Counted from the first letter of the stretch, positions 1 to 9,858 are shown. The stretch: DNA of 64,000 nucleotides from Capsulimonadaceae bacterium (GCA_965215505.1 OZ244065.1:1792001-1856000); one strand, 5' to 3'. Made by a program: numbers and translations. The notes: generated by a model from the sequence alone, not told the origin.

Positions 1-959
1 TCATCATGCCGGCCCGGCGCGTCGCCAACAAGGCGCTGGTCAAAGACTACATCAACCGCATCTACACCGGCAACACCACCAACCTCTATGAAGGCTTGAT
101 GACCGCCTGCCAGCAGGTCGCCTCGGTCAAGACGGCCAACACCCTGAACCGCGTCCTGCTGCTGACCGACGGCGAGCCGACGGCGGGGACGCGCGACTTC
201 GCCTCCATCGTCGGCCAGGCCGCCGAGCAGAAGGGACGCGGAATCACGGTAACGGCATTGGGCTTCGGACCCGACTATAATGAGGAGCTGATGGCCGGGA
301 TCGCCCGCCGGTCGGGCGGCAACTACTACTACATCGCCCGGCCCGAGCTGATCCCCGAGGTCTTCCGGCGAGAGCTGGACACCTTGATGAAGATCACCGC
401 CCGCAACCTGCGCCTGCGCCTGGCCCTGTCGCGCGGCGTCACGGTCCGCCAGGTCTACGGTCAGCAGCCGGTCTTCGGCACGCGGACCGCCGAGGTGACT
501 TTGATCGACGTCGAGCAGTCCACCGGCCTGTCGTCGCTGTGGGAGCTGGAGATGACGCCGCGCCCGCCGGGTACCTACCGGCTGGGCGTGGCCGAGCTGC
601 TGTACGACGACGCCCTGACGGGCCGGCAGGAGCAGATCGGCGCGGACGTAGTGGTCGAGTTCACCGGGGACCGCCTGCGGGTGGCGGCGGGCGTGGACCG
701 GCGCGTCGCCTCGGAGATCGAGGTAGCCCGCGCCGCACGGTCGCTGGACCGGACGGTGATGGGGATGAAGACGCAGGCCTTGGACAGAACGCAGGTGATG
801 GGCGAGCTGAACCGGACGAAGACGCTGATGCTAGATCAGGGGAAACTCGCCCAGGCGCAGCAGATCACGCAGGCGATGTCGGACATCCAGGGCGGCGGCT
901 CGGTGGAGAAGACCCTGATGGGGACGATCTATACTCTGGACCAGGGGAAGACGAAGTAA
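1..959 (+). CDS. von Willebrand factor A domain protein (5'-truncated by window edge)
   Basis: vWA motifs GNTTNLYEGL, VLLLTDGEP, VTALGFGPDYNEELM, GGNYYYI. The first MIDAS DxSxS motif is missing, so the gene starts upstream of the window. Confidence 0.85.
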   Translation, partial: IMPARRVANKALVKDYINRIYTGNTTNLYEGLMTACQQVASVKTANTLNRVLLLTDGEPTAGTRDFASIVGQAAEQKGRGITVTALGFGPDYNEELMAGIARRSGGNYYYIARPELIPEVFRRELDTLMKITARNLRLRLALSRGVTVRQVYGQQPVFGTRTAEVTLIDVEQSTGLSSLWELEMTPRPPGTYRLGVAELLYDDALTGRQEQIGADVVVEFTGDRLRVAAGVDRRVASEIEVARAARSLDRTVMGMKTQALDRTQVMGELNRTKTLMLDQGKLAQAQQITQAMSDIQGGGSVEKTLMGTIYTLDQGKTK

Positions 960-973
960 AGGGCAGGGGAAAG

Positions 974-1118
974 GACGAGTGATTGAAAGCACTCGCTGAC
1001 GCCGGATTTGTCCAGGGGACAATGGACCGGATAACACCGGGCGTCCGCCTGTTTACATCGTCTCCCTCTTCTGTCCCCTGGACAAGTCCTCTTCAGCGAG
1101 TGATTTCAATCACTCGTC
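974..1118. repeat. Nested inverted-repeat (REPIN/MITE-like) element
   Basis: 26-bp arms 974-999 and 1093-1118 (1 mismatch), each itself a hairpin. Inner 18-bp inverted pair ggatttgtccaggggaca / tgtcccctggacaagtcc. Confidence 0.8.
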
Positions 1119-1148
1119 TCGGCTTATCATGCTCGGTAAACAGACGAT

Positions 1149-2567
1149 TTGAAAAACTACTACGCGATACTTGAAGTGCCCGTCGGCTGCGGCGTGGCCG
1201 ACATCCGCCAGGCCTATCGTCGGCTCTGCCAGGAGTACCTGGACGACCCCGTCGGGTTTGCCGAGCTGAAAGAGGCGCACGAGGTCCTGACGACGCCCGC
1301 CCGCCGGGCCGACTATGACCGGGCCGCTTGGGGCGAGACGTTCGTCCCCGAGGGGGCCGGTACGGCGGTCCTCCTGGCCGGCGGCTCGGTTTTGCCCGCC
1401 GCAGTGATGCTCTCGTCGGGCGCGGCCTCTTCCTCGGGCGGGTCCCCTACATCCGGCGCAACTCTCCTGCCCGGCGCGACCCTCCTCCCTGGTGCGACTC
1501 TCCTGCCCGGCGCGACACTGATGCCGGGCGGCGGTCTGCCTGCCATGCTTGACACTTCGGGCGGTGGGGGCCACTGCCCGATGGGGCCAGCGGCGCAGTG
1601 CCCCGTCCTCTTGGGCCGCACCGCGCCGAGCGACTCCTATTGCCCCGAATGCGGCTTCCTACTGGCCAGCCTGAGCGCCGTCACCGAGGAAGCGCCCGTC
1701 GAGGATGATGGCGGCATCCGGCTGGAAGAGCCGGGCGGGAAGAGCCACCGGCTGCGCGTCGGCCCCAACGTCGTCGGGCGCGAGGGCGCAGACGTCCTAC
1801 TGCCTGACAAGACCGTGTCGCGCCAGCACGCGCGCCTGGATGTCGCTGAGGACGGCACCGTCACCGCTGAGGACCTGGGCAGCACGAACGGCACGCAGGT
1901 GGGCGGGGAAGTTCTCGTCCCGCACATCCCTCGGACGATCAATGCGGGCGACCGGGTGCGCTTCGGCAGCGTCGTGACCGAGATGCGCCGGCCCTCGGAG
2001 CCGGCCAGTGTGCCTCCCGCAGCCGAAGGGGCTGACACCGCGCCCGAAGCGCCCGAAGCGCCGCGCGAGCCGGCCCGCGCGCAGGTCGTTGAGACGCGCG
2101 AGGAGGGCGGTCAGGCGTTCCCACTCTTCGCGGGTGTGACGACGTTCGGGCGGCGGGCAGACAACAGCGTCGTCCTCCAGGGCGACCCTTATGTCTCGGG
2201 CAGCCACGCGCAGATCGTCGCCGAGGGGGACGTGTTCGTCCTGACCGACATCGGCAGCACGAACGGCACGCTCCTGAACGGGCAGCGGCTGGTCATCGGC
2301 GAGCCGCAGACGCTCAAACCGGCCGACCTCGTCCTGATCGGCGGCACCGCCATGCGCTTCGAGCTGCTGGAGGCGGCTGAAGCGACGACCGACGCAGAGG
2401 CTCCCGCCGAGGGCATCCCCGCCGAGCCGCGCGAGCGGATGGCCCCCGAGTACGATGTTCCGGACGACGAGGCGGACAACGGCATCCCCACGCGCGCCGC
2501 CCACCCGCAGGATGTCCCGGTGCAAGATGTCCCGGCAACAGACCCCCCAACTCAAGTGGAAAGATAG
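1149..2567 (+). CDS. J-like domain + zinc ribbon + two FHA domains protein
   Basis: N-terminal NYYAILEV...IRQAYRRL...AHEVL...RADYD (J fold, no HPD); CPECG; two FHA domains (GR...VSRQHA...DLGSTNGT and GRR...VSGSHA...DIGSTNGT). TTG start. Confidence 0.85.
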   Translation: MKNYYAILEVPVGCGVADIRQAYRRLCQEYLDDPVGFAELKEAHEVLTTPARRADYDRAAWGETFVPEGAGTAVLLAGGSVLPAAVMLSSGAASSSGGSPTSGATLLPGATLLPGATLLPGATLMPGGGLPAMLDTSGGGGHCPMGPAAQCPVLLGRTAPSDSYCPECGFLLASLSAVTEEAPVEDDGGIRLEEPGGKSHRLRVGPNVVGREGADVLLPDKTVSRQHARLDVAEDGTVTAEDLGSTNGTQVGGEVLVPHIPRTINAGDRVRFGSVVTEMRRPSEPASVPPAAEGADTAPEAPEAPREPARAQVVETREEGGQAFPLFAGVTTFGRRADNSVVLQGDPYVSGSHAQIVAEGDVFVLTDIGSTNGTLLNGQRLVIGEPQTLKPADLVLIGGTAMRFELLEAAEATTDAEAPAEGIPAEPRERMAPEYDVPDDEADNGIPTRAAHPQDVPVQDVPATDPPTQVER

Positions 2568-2575
2568 CACACACC

Positions 2576-3559
2576 ATGCCAGAGGCGATGACCAGCTTAG
2601 AAAGCAGCAGCCAGGAGAAGACCGCGCGCCTGGACCGGGACGAACTCAGCGAGGGCTGGGCCGAGGTCGGGCGGCTGCCCCGGATGGTCGCCTCGGTCAA
2701 GCTGGGCGCGAAGACGGACCTGGGCCGGGTGCGCGACAACAACGAGGACAAGTTCGACTTCTTCGAGCCGGAGGACCCGGCCGTGCTGGCGACCAAGGGC
2801 AGCTTCTACGCCGTGGCCGACGGCATGGGGGGCCACTCGGCGGGGCAGATCGCCTGCGAACTGGCCCTGAAGACGGTCATCGGGACCTATTACGCCGGCC
2901 AGAGCGCGGACGTGGAGCTGGGCCTGCGCCGGGCGGTGGAGCAGGCGAACGGGCTGATCTACGATACCGCCCAGGCGATCCCCGACCGGCAGGGAATGGG
3001 AACGACCCTGACGGCCGCCGTCGTCCGCGAGGACCGGCTGACACTGGCGCAGGTGGGGGACAGCCGGGCCTACCTGCTGCGCGGCGGCGTCTTCACGCAG
3101 CTCACCGAGGACCACTCGTGGGTGGCCGAGCAGGTGCGGCTGGGGACGATGACCCTAGCGGAGGCCTCGGTTTCCCCGTTCCGCAACATCATCACCCGCT
3201 CCATCGGCACGGCGGCGGCGGTCGAGGTGGACCTCTTCACGCACGAGGTGCGTGTCGGGGACACTTTCCTGCTCTGCTCCGACGGGCTTTCCGGACACCT
3301 GGAGCCGGAGGAGATGCAGGACCTCCTCCAGCGGCACGGCCCTTCGGTCGCCGCGCTGGCTTTAGTGGAAGCGGCTAACGAGCGCGGGGGCCGCGACAAC
3401 ATCACTGCCCTGGTCCTGTCCGTCCGCGCCCTCGCGCCATATGGCTCCGCGTCCGCCTATGAAGGCAGCGCCCCGGACCAGGCCGGCGCGGGCATGGGCG
3501 CGGACATGAACGGCCCGGCAAAGGAAGAAAAGGCGTCCCGCTGGGGGCGGCGCAAGTAG
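2576..3559 (+). CDS. PP2C/PPM-family Ser/Thr protein phosphatase (PrpC/Stp1-like)
   Basis: TDLGRVRDNNED, VADGMGGH, MGTT, VGDSRAY, LLCSDGL, GGRDNIT. Confidence 0.95.
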   Translation: MPEAMTSLESSSQEKTARLDRDELSEGWAEVGRLPRMVASVKLGAKTDLGRVRDNNEDKFDFFEPEDPAVLATKGSFYAVADGMGGHSAGQIACELALKTVIGTYYAGQSADVELGLRRAVEQANGLIYDTAQAIPDRQGMGTTLTAAVVREDRLTLAQVGDSRAYLLRGGVFTQLTEDHSWVAEQVRLGTMTLAEASVSPFRNIITRSIGTAAAVEVDLFTHEVRVGDTFLLCSDGLSGHLEPEEMQDLLQRHGPSVAALALVEAANERGGRDNITALVLSVRALAPYGSASAYEGSAPDQAGAGMGADMNGPAKEEKASRWGRRK

Positions 3560-3591
3560 GGCCTTCGGCTTAGAGGCAGGAGTATTCAGCA

Positions 3592-5415
3592 TTGGCCGTC
3601 TCGTCCAACACCGTCCTCGGGAAGTACCGCATCATCCGGGAGATCGCCCGCTCCAACGACATCGTTTATGAGGCGATCGACCCGACGATGGCCCGGCGCG
3701 TCGCCGTCAAAGAGTTGCAGCTCCCCCCGCATCTCGCGGGCGCGCAGAAGCGCGAGCGCATCGAGCGATTCTACCGCGAGGCGAAGGCGGCGGGCACGCT
3801 GTCGCACCGCAACATCGTCACCATCCACGACGTGGGGCAGGAGAACGACCGGCACTTCCTGGTCATGGAGTATCTGGAAGGCCAGTCCCTGCGCGACATC
3901 CTGCAAATGCAGGGGGCGCTGCCGCTCAAGGAGACCGTCGAGATCACCTTGCAGCTCTGTGATGCCCTCGCTTACGCCCACTCGCGCGGGGTGGTCCACC
4001 GGGACATCAAGCCCGACAACGTCCATATCCTGCCCGGCGGCATCATCAAGCTGACCGACTTCGGCATCGCCCGCATCACCGCTGAGCCGAGCATCACGAC
4101 GCAGGGGCAGGTCTTCGGGACCCCCTCCTATATGTCCCCGGAGCAGGTCGCCTCGCACACGGTGGACCACCGCACCGACCTCTTCTCGCTGGGCATCACG
4201 CTGTACGAGATGCTGACCGGGCGCAAGCCGTTCGTCGGCGACAGCGTCATCACCATCACCTACAACATCATGAACAACCAGCCGGCCATGCCGGTCGGCA
4301 TCCCCCAGGCCTTGCAGCAGATCTTGCAGCGCGCCCTGGCCAAAGACCCCAACCTGCGCTACCAGAACGCCGCCGCCATGGCCGCAGACCTGCGGGCCGA
4401 GAAGTTCGCCCTGACCTCGCCGACGCCCCCCGCCCAGGCCGCCCATGTCGGGCGGGCGGCACCCCTGACTTTCGCGCCCGGCCCGCCGCAGACGATGGAA
4501 ACCGGCACGGTCCCCCCCGAGATCTCCGGGATGCCCGTCGCCGCGCCCATCGCCCCGTCTCCGCCCGGCTTCTCCGCCCCCGGCCCTTCCCCGACCGGCG
4601 CGCAGGCCTACCCCGCACAGTCTTACTCGTCCCAGATCGATCCGACCCAAGCCATCCCGCCGACCGAGGCCGTCGCCCAGGCGCGCGCCGACGAGGCCGC
4701 CCGCGACCGGCAGTGGCGGCGCTCCGGGACGGAGCGGATGGTGAGCCTGGTCCTGCCGATCCTGGGCCTGCTGGCCCTGCTCGCCCTGATCGCCTGGGGC
4801 ATCCTCAATGTCGTCAAGTCCCTGAGTGCCCACGCGGCCAAGCGCGCCGACGCCGGGCAGCTCGTCCGGCCCGCGCCCGGCTCGCTCCCCACGGACGCCT
4901 ACATCGCCGCCGCCGCGCCCCCGCCGCCCGCGCCCACCGCCCCCGGCTCGCCCGTGCCGTTGACGGCAGCGGCTCCGGCACTCCTCCCCTCGAGCGCCGC
5001 CGCGCCGGCCGCCGTTCCCGCCTCCTACCCGGCCGCCTCGGTCGCTCCGACCGGACCGCGCTACGACTCCACCGCGGCCGCCGCGCTGGACGCCCAGGGT
5101 AACGCCGCCTGGTCATCTGGGCGAGCGGCGGAGGCGCTGGACGCCTGGGAGAAAGCCGCCCAGACCGACCCGACCAGCCCGGCCGCCTCGGAGGCCCGCC
5201 GCAGCGCCGTGAGCCACTACAAGGAGATGGCCCAGGCGGCGGCGGCGGCGGGCCGGACGGAGGAGGCCCGGACGGACTGGCAGAAGATCACGCAGATAGA
5301 CCCCGGCAGCGACGAGGCGATGTTGGCCGCCCAGAGCATCGGCGGCACCGAACCCACGATGGCCCCCGCGACTCCTACGGACGGCGGGATTCCAGGCGTC
5401 GGGATGTCGCGGTAA
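3592..5415 (+). CDS. Hanks-type Ser/Thr protein kinase with TM helix and C-terminal TPR-like region
   Basis: VAVK, HRDIKPDN, DFG, GTPSYMSPE, DLFSLG; TM LVLPILGLLALLALIAWGIL; Pro/Ala linker; TPR-like helices. Confidence 0.93.
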   Translation: MAVSSNTVLGKYRIIREIARSNDIVYEAIDPTMARRVAVKELQLPPHLAGAQKRERIERFYREAKAAGTLSHRNIVTIHDVGQENDRHFLVMEYLEGQSLRDILQMQGALPLKETVEITLQLCDALAYAHSRGVVHRDIKPDNVHILPGGIIKLTDFGIARITAEPSITTQGQVFGTPSYMSPEQVASHTVDHRTDLFSLGITLYEMLTGRKPFVGDSVITITYNIMNNQPAMPVGIPQALQQILQRALAKDPNLRYQNAAAMAADLRAEKFALTSPTPPAQAAHVGRAAPLTFAPGPPQTMETGTVPPEISGMPVAAPIAPSPPGFSAPGPSPTGAQAYPAQSYSSQIDPTQAIPPTEAVAQARADEAARDRQWRRSGTERMVSLVLPILGLLALLALIAWGILNVVKSLSAHAAKRADAGQLVRPAPGSLPTDAYIAAAAPPPPAPTAPGSPVPLTAAAPALLPSSAAAPAAVPASYPAASVAPTGPRYDSTAAAALDAQGNAAWSSGRAAEALDAWEKAAQTDPTSPAASEARRSAVSHYKEMAQAAAAAGRTEEARTDWQKITQIDPGSDEAMLAAQSIGGTEPTMAPATPTDGGIPGVGMSR

Positions 5416-5472
5416 GCTCTCCCCGCGTCACGAGGTGGGTTCGTTCCCGTCCCCGCCGGGTATTTCCTCTCC

Positions 5473-6600
5473 ATGCCTACCTCTTCTCCTTCCCCTGACC
5501 CCGTCCGTATCGGGCTGATCGGCCCGCGCGGCTTTGGCGCGTTCTGCGCCGGTGCTTACCACGCAGCGGACGCCGCCCGTGTCGTTGCCTTCGCGGGCCG
5601 GGACGCCTCCAACCTCAGACTGCTGGCCGACCAGTATGGCGTCCCACGCACCTACACCGACTGGCGCGAGATGCTGCATGACCCGGACGTGGAAGTCGTC
5701 CACATCGTCACGCCGCCTGACAGACACGCCGAAATGACCGTGGCGGCATTGGAGGCAGGGAAGCACGTCTTCGTGGAGAAGCCGCTGGCGACCACCGATG
5801 AGGACGCGCGGGCGATCTTGGCGGCGGCGGACCGAGCAGGAAAACTCGCGGGCATCAACTTCGTCATGCGCTATGACCCGCTGTACCAGGCGGTGCAGGG
5901 CATCGCCCGGTCGGGTTGGCTCGGGCCGCTGACGCACATTGGGTTTGAGAACTATGCTTCGGACGAGGGTCTGGATGACGGCCACTGGTTCTGGGACCCG
6001 GTCGCCTCGGGCGGCATCTTTGTGGAACACGGCGTCCACTTCTTCGACATCATCGGGGCAATCGCCGGCAGTGCGGCCCATAATGTGTCGGGGAAAACAT
6101 GGACGCGCGGCGACGGAACGGATAAGCAAGACAGGGTGATGGCGCTGGTGACGTATGAGAACGGCATCGAGGCGTCTTTCTATCACGCCTTCAACCGGCC
6201 CGGCGCTCTGGAGCGACAGACGGCACATTTCGCCTTTGAGCGCGGCCATGTCGCCCTGCACGGATGGATACCGACCTCGCTGGACCTGACGGCGATCGTA
6301 GACGAGGCAGGCCGGGCGGGTCTGGAAACGCTTATGCCACTGAAAGTCGTGGCTGAGGGTGCCATGGCTCCCCTGGTTCATGGCAACGGCAAACCCTACG
6401 ACGTCTCGGCCCGCGTCCGCGCCCACCGGAGCCTTGGCGAGCCGACGCCGGTCTATCTGAAGGCCGTCCAGGACGCGATGGCGGACTTCGCCCGCGCCGT
6501 GCGGGACCCGTCGCACACGCCGCTGGTGACGGCTAAAGAGGGGGCGGAGAGTTTACGGGTGGCGAACGCGGCGCGGGCGGCGGCGATCAAGGCCGCGTAG
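5473..6600 (+). CDS. Gfo/Idh/MocA family oxidoreductase
   Basis: RIGLIG Rossmann start, TPPDRH, GKHVFVEKP, GGIFVEHGVHFFD. Confidence 0.9.
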   Translation: MPTSSPSPDPVRIGLIGPRGFGAFCAGAYHAADAARVVAFAGRDASNLRLLADQYGVPRTYTDWREMLHDPDVEVVHIVTPPDRHAEMTVAALEAGKHVFVEKPLATTDEDARAILAAADRAGKLAGINFVMRYDPLYQAVQGIARSGWLGPLTHIGFENYASDEGLDDGHWFWDPVASGGIFVEHGVHFFDIIGAIAGSAAHNVSGKTWTRGDGTDKQDRVMALVTYENGIEASFYHAFNRPGALERQTAHFAFERGHVALHGWIPTSLDLTAIVDEAGRAGLETLMPLKVVAEGAMAPLVHGNGKPYDVSARVRAHRSLGEPTPVYLKAVQDAMADFARAVRDPSHTPLVTAKEGAESLRVANAARAAAIKAA

Positions 6601-6652
6601 GGGCGGGGAACCCCGCCCCCTTCAATTCGTGCCTTCCTCAATCCGCGCCCTT

Positions 6653-7465
6653 TCACACTCCCTGCGCTCCCCCACACTCTTTCCGCACCCACCCCGCCAC
6701 AGCCCCCGCATCTTCCAGAGGCAGCAGATGGCCCGCGCCGGGCACCACCGTCAGCGTCGCGCCCGCTATCTTTTCTGCCACTTCGCGCCGCAGGACGTCC
6801 GGCGGCAGGACGGGGTCCGCTTCTCCGGCGAGGACGAATGTCGGCACCGCGATCTTCGCGGCCAGTTCGGAAAGGTCTTCGCGGCTGCCCTCGTCGGCCC
6901 AGCTCTTCCAGGCGACGCGCGAGGCGCGCAGGTTATCGGCGAGGGTCAGCGCCTCATACTCCGGCCCGAGCGGCAGTTTCGCGATGGTCTTCAGCGTCCC
7001 GCGGGCGGCATCCTCTTTCCCCCACCCCGCCCGCATTTTGGCCCGCGCGTCTTCAGTCATCGGCTCGGGGAAGAGGGGCGAAGGGGCGACCAGCAGCAGG
7101 CGTTCCAGGCCCGCCGGGCGGGCGGCGGCTAGAGCCTGCGCCGCCTTGCCGCCCATCGAGTGGCCGACCAGGGTGTACTGGGTCAGGCCGAGGGCGGCGA
7201 TCAGACTTGCCACGTCGCCCGCCATGTCGGCGACGGCGTAGCCGGTCGGGGGCGCGTCCGAGTCGCCCCACCCGCGCCCGTCGGGGGCGAGGCAGCGGAA
7301 CTGCCCGGCCAGCAGTTCCATGACCGGCCCCCAGGTGCGCGCGGAGCCGCCGAAGTAGTGCAGGAAGATCAGGGCCGCGCCGTTCTCCGGGTCGCCCGTT
7401 TCGGCGAGGTTCAGGCGGAACCCGTTGACGGTATAGTTTATACATCTTAATGCTGTGTATCTCAT
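6653..7465 (-). CDS. alpha/beta fold hydrolase
   Basis: IFLHYFGGS, GHSMGG nucleophile elbow, GEADP, GAGHL. Start moved to ATG 7465 to avoid overlap with the divergent gene. Confidence 0.85.
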   Translation of the reverse strand: MRYTALRCINYTVNGFRLNLAETGDPENGAALIFLHYFGGSARTWGPVMELLAGQFRCLAPDGRGWGDSDAPPTGYAVADMAGDVASLIAALGLTQYTLVGHSMGGKAAQALAAARPAGLERLLLVAPSPLFPEPMTEDARAKMRAGWGKEDAARGTLKTIAKLPLGPEYEALTLADNLRASRVAWKSWADEGSREDLSELAAKIAVPTFVLAGEADPVLPPDVLRREVAEKIAGATLTVVPGAGHLLPLEDAGAVAGWVRKECGGAQGV

Positions 7466-7504
7466 GGGGCACTTGTACCCCGAAGAAGCGAGGAGGCTCA
7501 TTTC

Positions 7505-8893
7505 ATGGCGACAGAGACATTCGATGCGATCATCCTCGGCGCGGGCCAGTCCGGTGATCCCTTGGCACGCGCCCTGGCGGGAGCCGGGAAGCGCGTCGCG
7601 ATCATCGAGCGTGAGGCGGTGGGCGGAACCTGCGTCAACCGGGGCTGTACGCCTACCAAGACGATGGCCGCCTCCGCCCGCGTCGCCCACCTCGCGCGCC
7701 GGGGCGCGGACTTCGGCGTGGAAACAGGGCCGGTGACGGTGGATCTGGCGAAGGTGCGCCAAAGGAAGCGGGACATCGTGACCAGCTTCCGTGAGGGGGA
7801 TGAGAAGCATTTGACCGGGACGGACGGCGTGACCCTGATTCGCGGCGAGGGCCGCTTTACCGGCCCGAGGACGGTGGAGGTCGCGCCGAACGGCGGCGGC
7901 GAGGCCCGGACCTTGACCGCCCCGCAGGTCTTCATCAACACCGGGGCGCGGGCGACGGTGCCGCCGATTGACGGCCTGACCGACGTGACGTATCTGGACT
8001 CGACTTCGATCATGGAGCTAGAAGCGGTGCCGGACCATCTGGTCATCCTGGGCGGCAGCTACATCGCCTTGGAGTTCGGCCAGATGTTCCGCCGCTTCGG
8101 CAGCCGCGTCACGGTGGTCGAGAAGTCGGAGCATCTGCTGGGCCATGAGGACCCGGACGTGGCCGAGGAGATGGCGAAGATACTGGCGGAGGACGGCCTT
8201 CAAATCCACCTGGGCGCGTCGGCCTCGCGCGTCTTGAAGACGACCGCCGGCGTTTCGCTGACGGTCAAAACAACGGACGGGGAGATGGTGGTGACTGGCT
8301 CACACCTGCTGGTCGCCGTGGGGCGGACGCCGAACACGGAGGCCCTGAACCTGGAAGCAGCAGGCGTCGAAACCGACGCGACCGGCCACGTCAAGGCGAA
8401 CGAGCGGCTGGAAACGACGGCGGAAGGCGTCTGGGTGCTGGGGGATGTCAAGGGCGGCCCGCAGTTCACGCACATCTCCTATGATGATTTCCGGATACTG
8501 CGGGCCAACTTGATTGACGGCGGCAGTCGGACGACGTCTGACCGTCCAGTCCCTTACACCGTTTTCACCGACCCGCAACTGGGCCGCGTCGGCATGACCG
8601 AAACGGAGGCGAGGAAGGCCGGCAAAAACATCAAAGTCGCCACCCTGCCCATGACCGAGGTGGCCCGCGCCATCGAGACGGACGAGACGCGCGGCTTCAT
8701 GAAGGCGGTGGTTGATGCCGACACGTCCCAGATCCTGGGGGCGGCGATCTTAGGCGTGGACGGCGGCGAGGTCATGGCCGTCCTGGAAGTCGCCATGATG
8801 GGCCACCTGCCCTACACCGCCTTGCGGGACGCGACCCTGGCCCACCCGACATTGGCCGAGTCGCTGAATAATCTGTTCATGGCGCTGGATTAG
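7505..8893 (+). CDS. Pyridine nucleotide-disulfide oxidoreductase (RclA/YkgC, mercuric-reductase-like)
   Basis: GAGQSG, GGTCVNRGCTPTK redox disulfide, C-terminal HPTLAESLNNLF. No C-terminal Cys-Cys pair. Confidence 0.88.
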   Translation: MATETFDAIILGAGQSGDPLARALAGAGKRVAIIEREAVGGTCVNRGCTPTKTMAASARVAHLARRGADFGVETGPVTVDLAKVRQRKRDIVTSFREGDEKHLTGTDGVTLIRGEGRFTGPRTVEVAPNGGGEARTLTAPQVFINTGARATVPPIDGLTDVTYLDSTSIMELEAVPDHLVILGGSYIALEFGQMFRRFGSRVTVVEKSEHLLGHEDPDVAEEMAKILAEDGLQIHLGASASRVLKTTAGVSLTVKTTDGEMVVTGSHLLVAVGRTPNTEALNLEAAGVETDATGHVKANERLETTAEGVWVLGDVKGGPQFTHISYDDFRILRANLIDGGSRTTSDRPVPYTVFTDPQLGRVGMTETEARKAGKNIKVATLPMTEVARAIETDETRGFMKAVVDADTSQILGAAILGVDGGEVMAVLEVAMMGHLPYTALRDATLAHPTLAESLNNLFMALD

Positions 8894-8945
8894 GGGCGGG
8901 CGCGGGGCGCGGGCGCTCCCGGCCCTGAAGGCCCGGGGCTTCATC

Positions 8946-9695
8946 TCACGCCTTCCGCCGCTTCCGCGCCCCGACGACCAACCCGCCGACTCCTAGGGCG
9001 AGCAGCAGGCCGAAGGAGACCGTCGTGGAGGCTTCTGGGACGGGGCTGGCATTCAGCACCAGGGAAAGGTCGTCCGCGTAGCCGTCGTTGTAGGCACCGT
9101 CGGTGCGCGTCATTTGCAGGTTCACGTTCACCGACTGCGCCCCGATGGGCACGAAGCCGTTCATCGAGCGGAACAGCAAGCCCGACGTGCCGCCCCGGTC
9201 CGCCGAGGATACGGGGCCGATCTGAGCCGACCCAAGAGCCGCCCCGCCCGCGCCGAGGAAACTCAGCGACAGTATAGCATTGTCGTTCTGGCCGTCGTAG
9301 CCTCCGAGATACGCGGACAGCGTGAACGCGGCCTTGCCGGCGTTGATGACGCTTGCCTCGGGCAGCAGATTGATGAGCTGGGCGGCGCTGGACGAGGCGT
9401 TGTTCGGCCCGCCGGCGAAGTAATTGAGGCCCCGGTCGGCGGGGCCGGGGTCCGTCGGGAGGGGGCCACCGTTTGGGCCGTATTGTACGACGGTGAAGCT
9501 GCCGGTCGTGGTGAAGCTGGGGACAGGCTCGATGTCGTTGCTGGAGGCGCTGCCGGGGCCAGCCTCAGCATTACCATTGACGATGAGGTTGGAGCCGAAC
9601 TGGGCGCGAACGGGGGAGATGGCGAGTGCTGAGACGGTGAGGAAGGTGGCGGCGAACGCCGCCGTCTTGAGCGTGGCGTGGTTAAAGGTGTGCAT
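8946..9695 (-). CDS. Secreted PEP-CTERM sorting domain protein
   Basis: Signal peptide, NLIVNGNAE CBM-like start, C-terminal VPEAS + TM + RKRRKA. Confidence 0.88.
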   Translation of the reverse strand: MHTFNHATLKTAAFAATFLTVSALAISPVRAQFGSNLIVNGNAEAGPGSASSNDIEPVPSFTTTGSFTVVQYGPNGGPLPTDPGPADRGLNYFAGGPNNASSSAAQLINLLPEASVINAGKAAFTLSAYLGGYDGQNDNAILSLSFLGAGGAALGSAQIGPVSSADRGGTSGLLFRSMNGFVPIGAQSVNVNLQMTRTDGAYNDGYADDLSLVLNASPVPEASTTVSFGLLLALGVGGLVVGARKRRKA

Positions 9696-9858
9696 GAGTC
9701 AGGTCCTTTTGATTCTAATCATAGAGGCTTGATTGCCTGCGGCGGGGGTAAAGCGGGACGCCGGTAAGAATACTTGCTGCACAAATCATGCCAAGTCGTT
9801 GGGATGGGGCGCGGCGGGGCAAAGGGGCGCGATAAATCGCGCCCCTACGGGATTTTCT

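Noticed and set aside
7505-8893. Mercuric reductase merA
   Set aside because: No C-terminal Cys-Cys pair, no NmerA domain and no mer genes nearby; fits the RclA/YkgC-like group.
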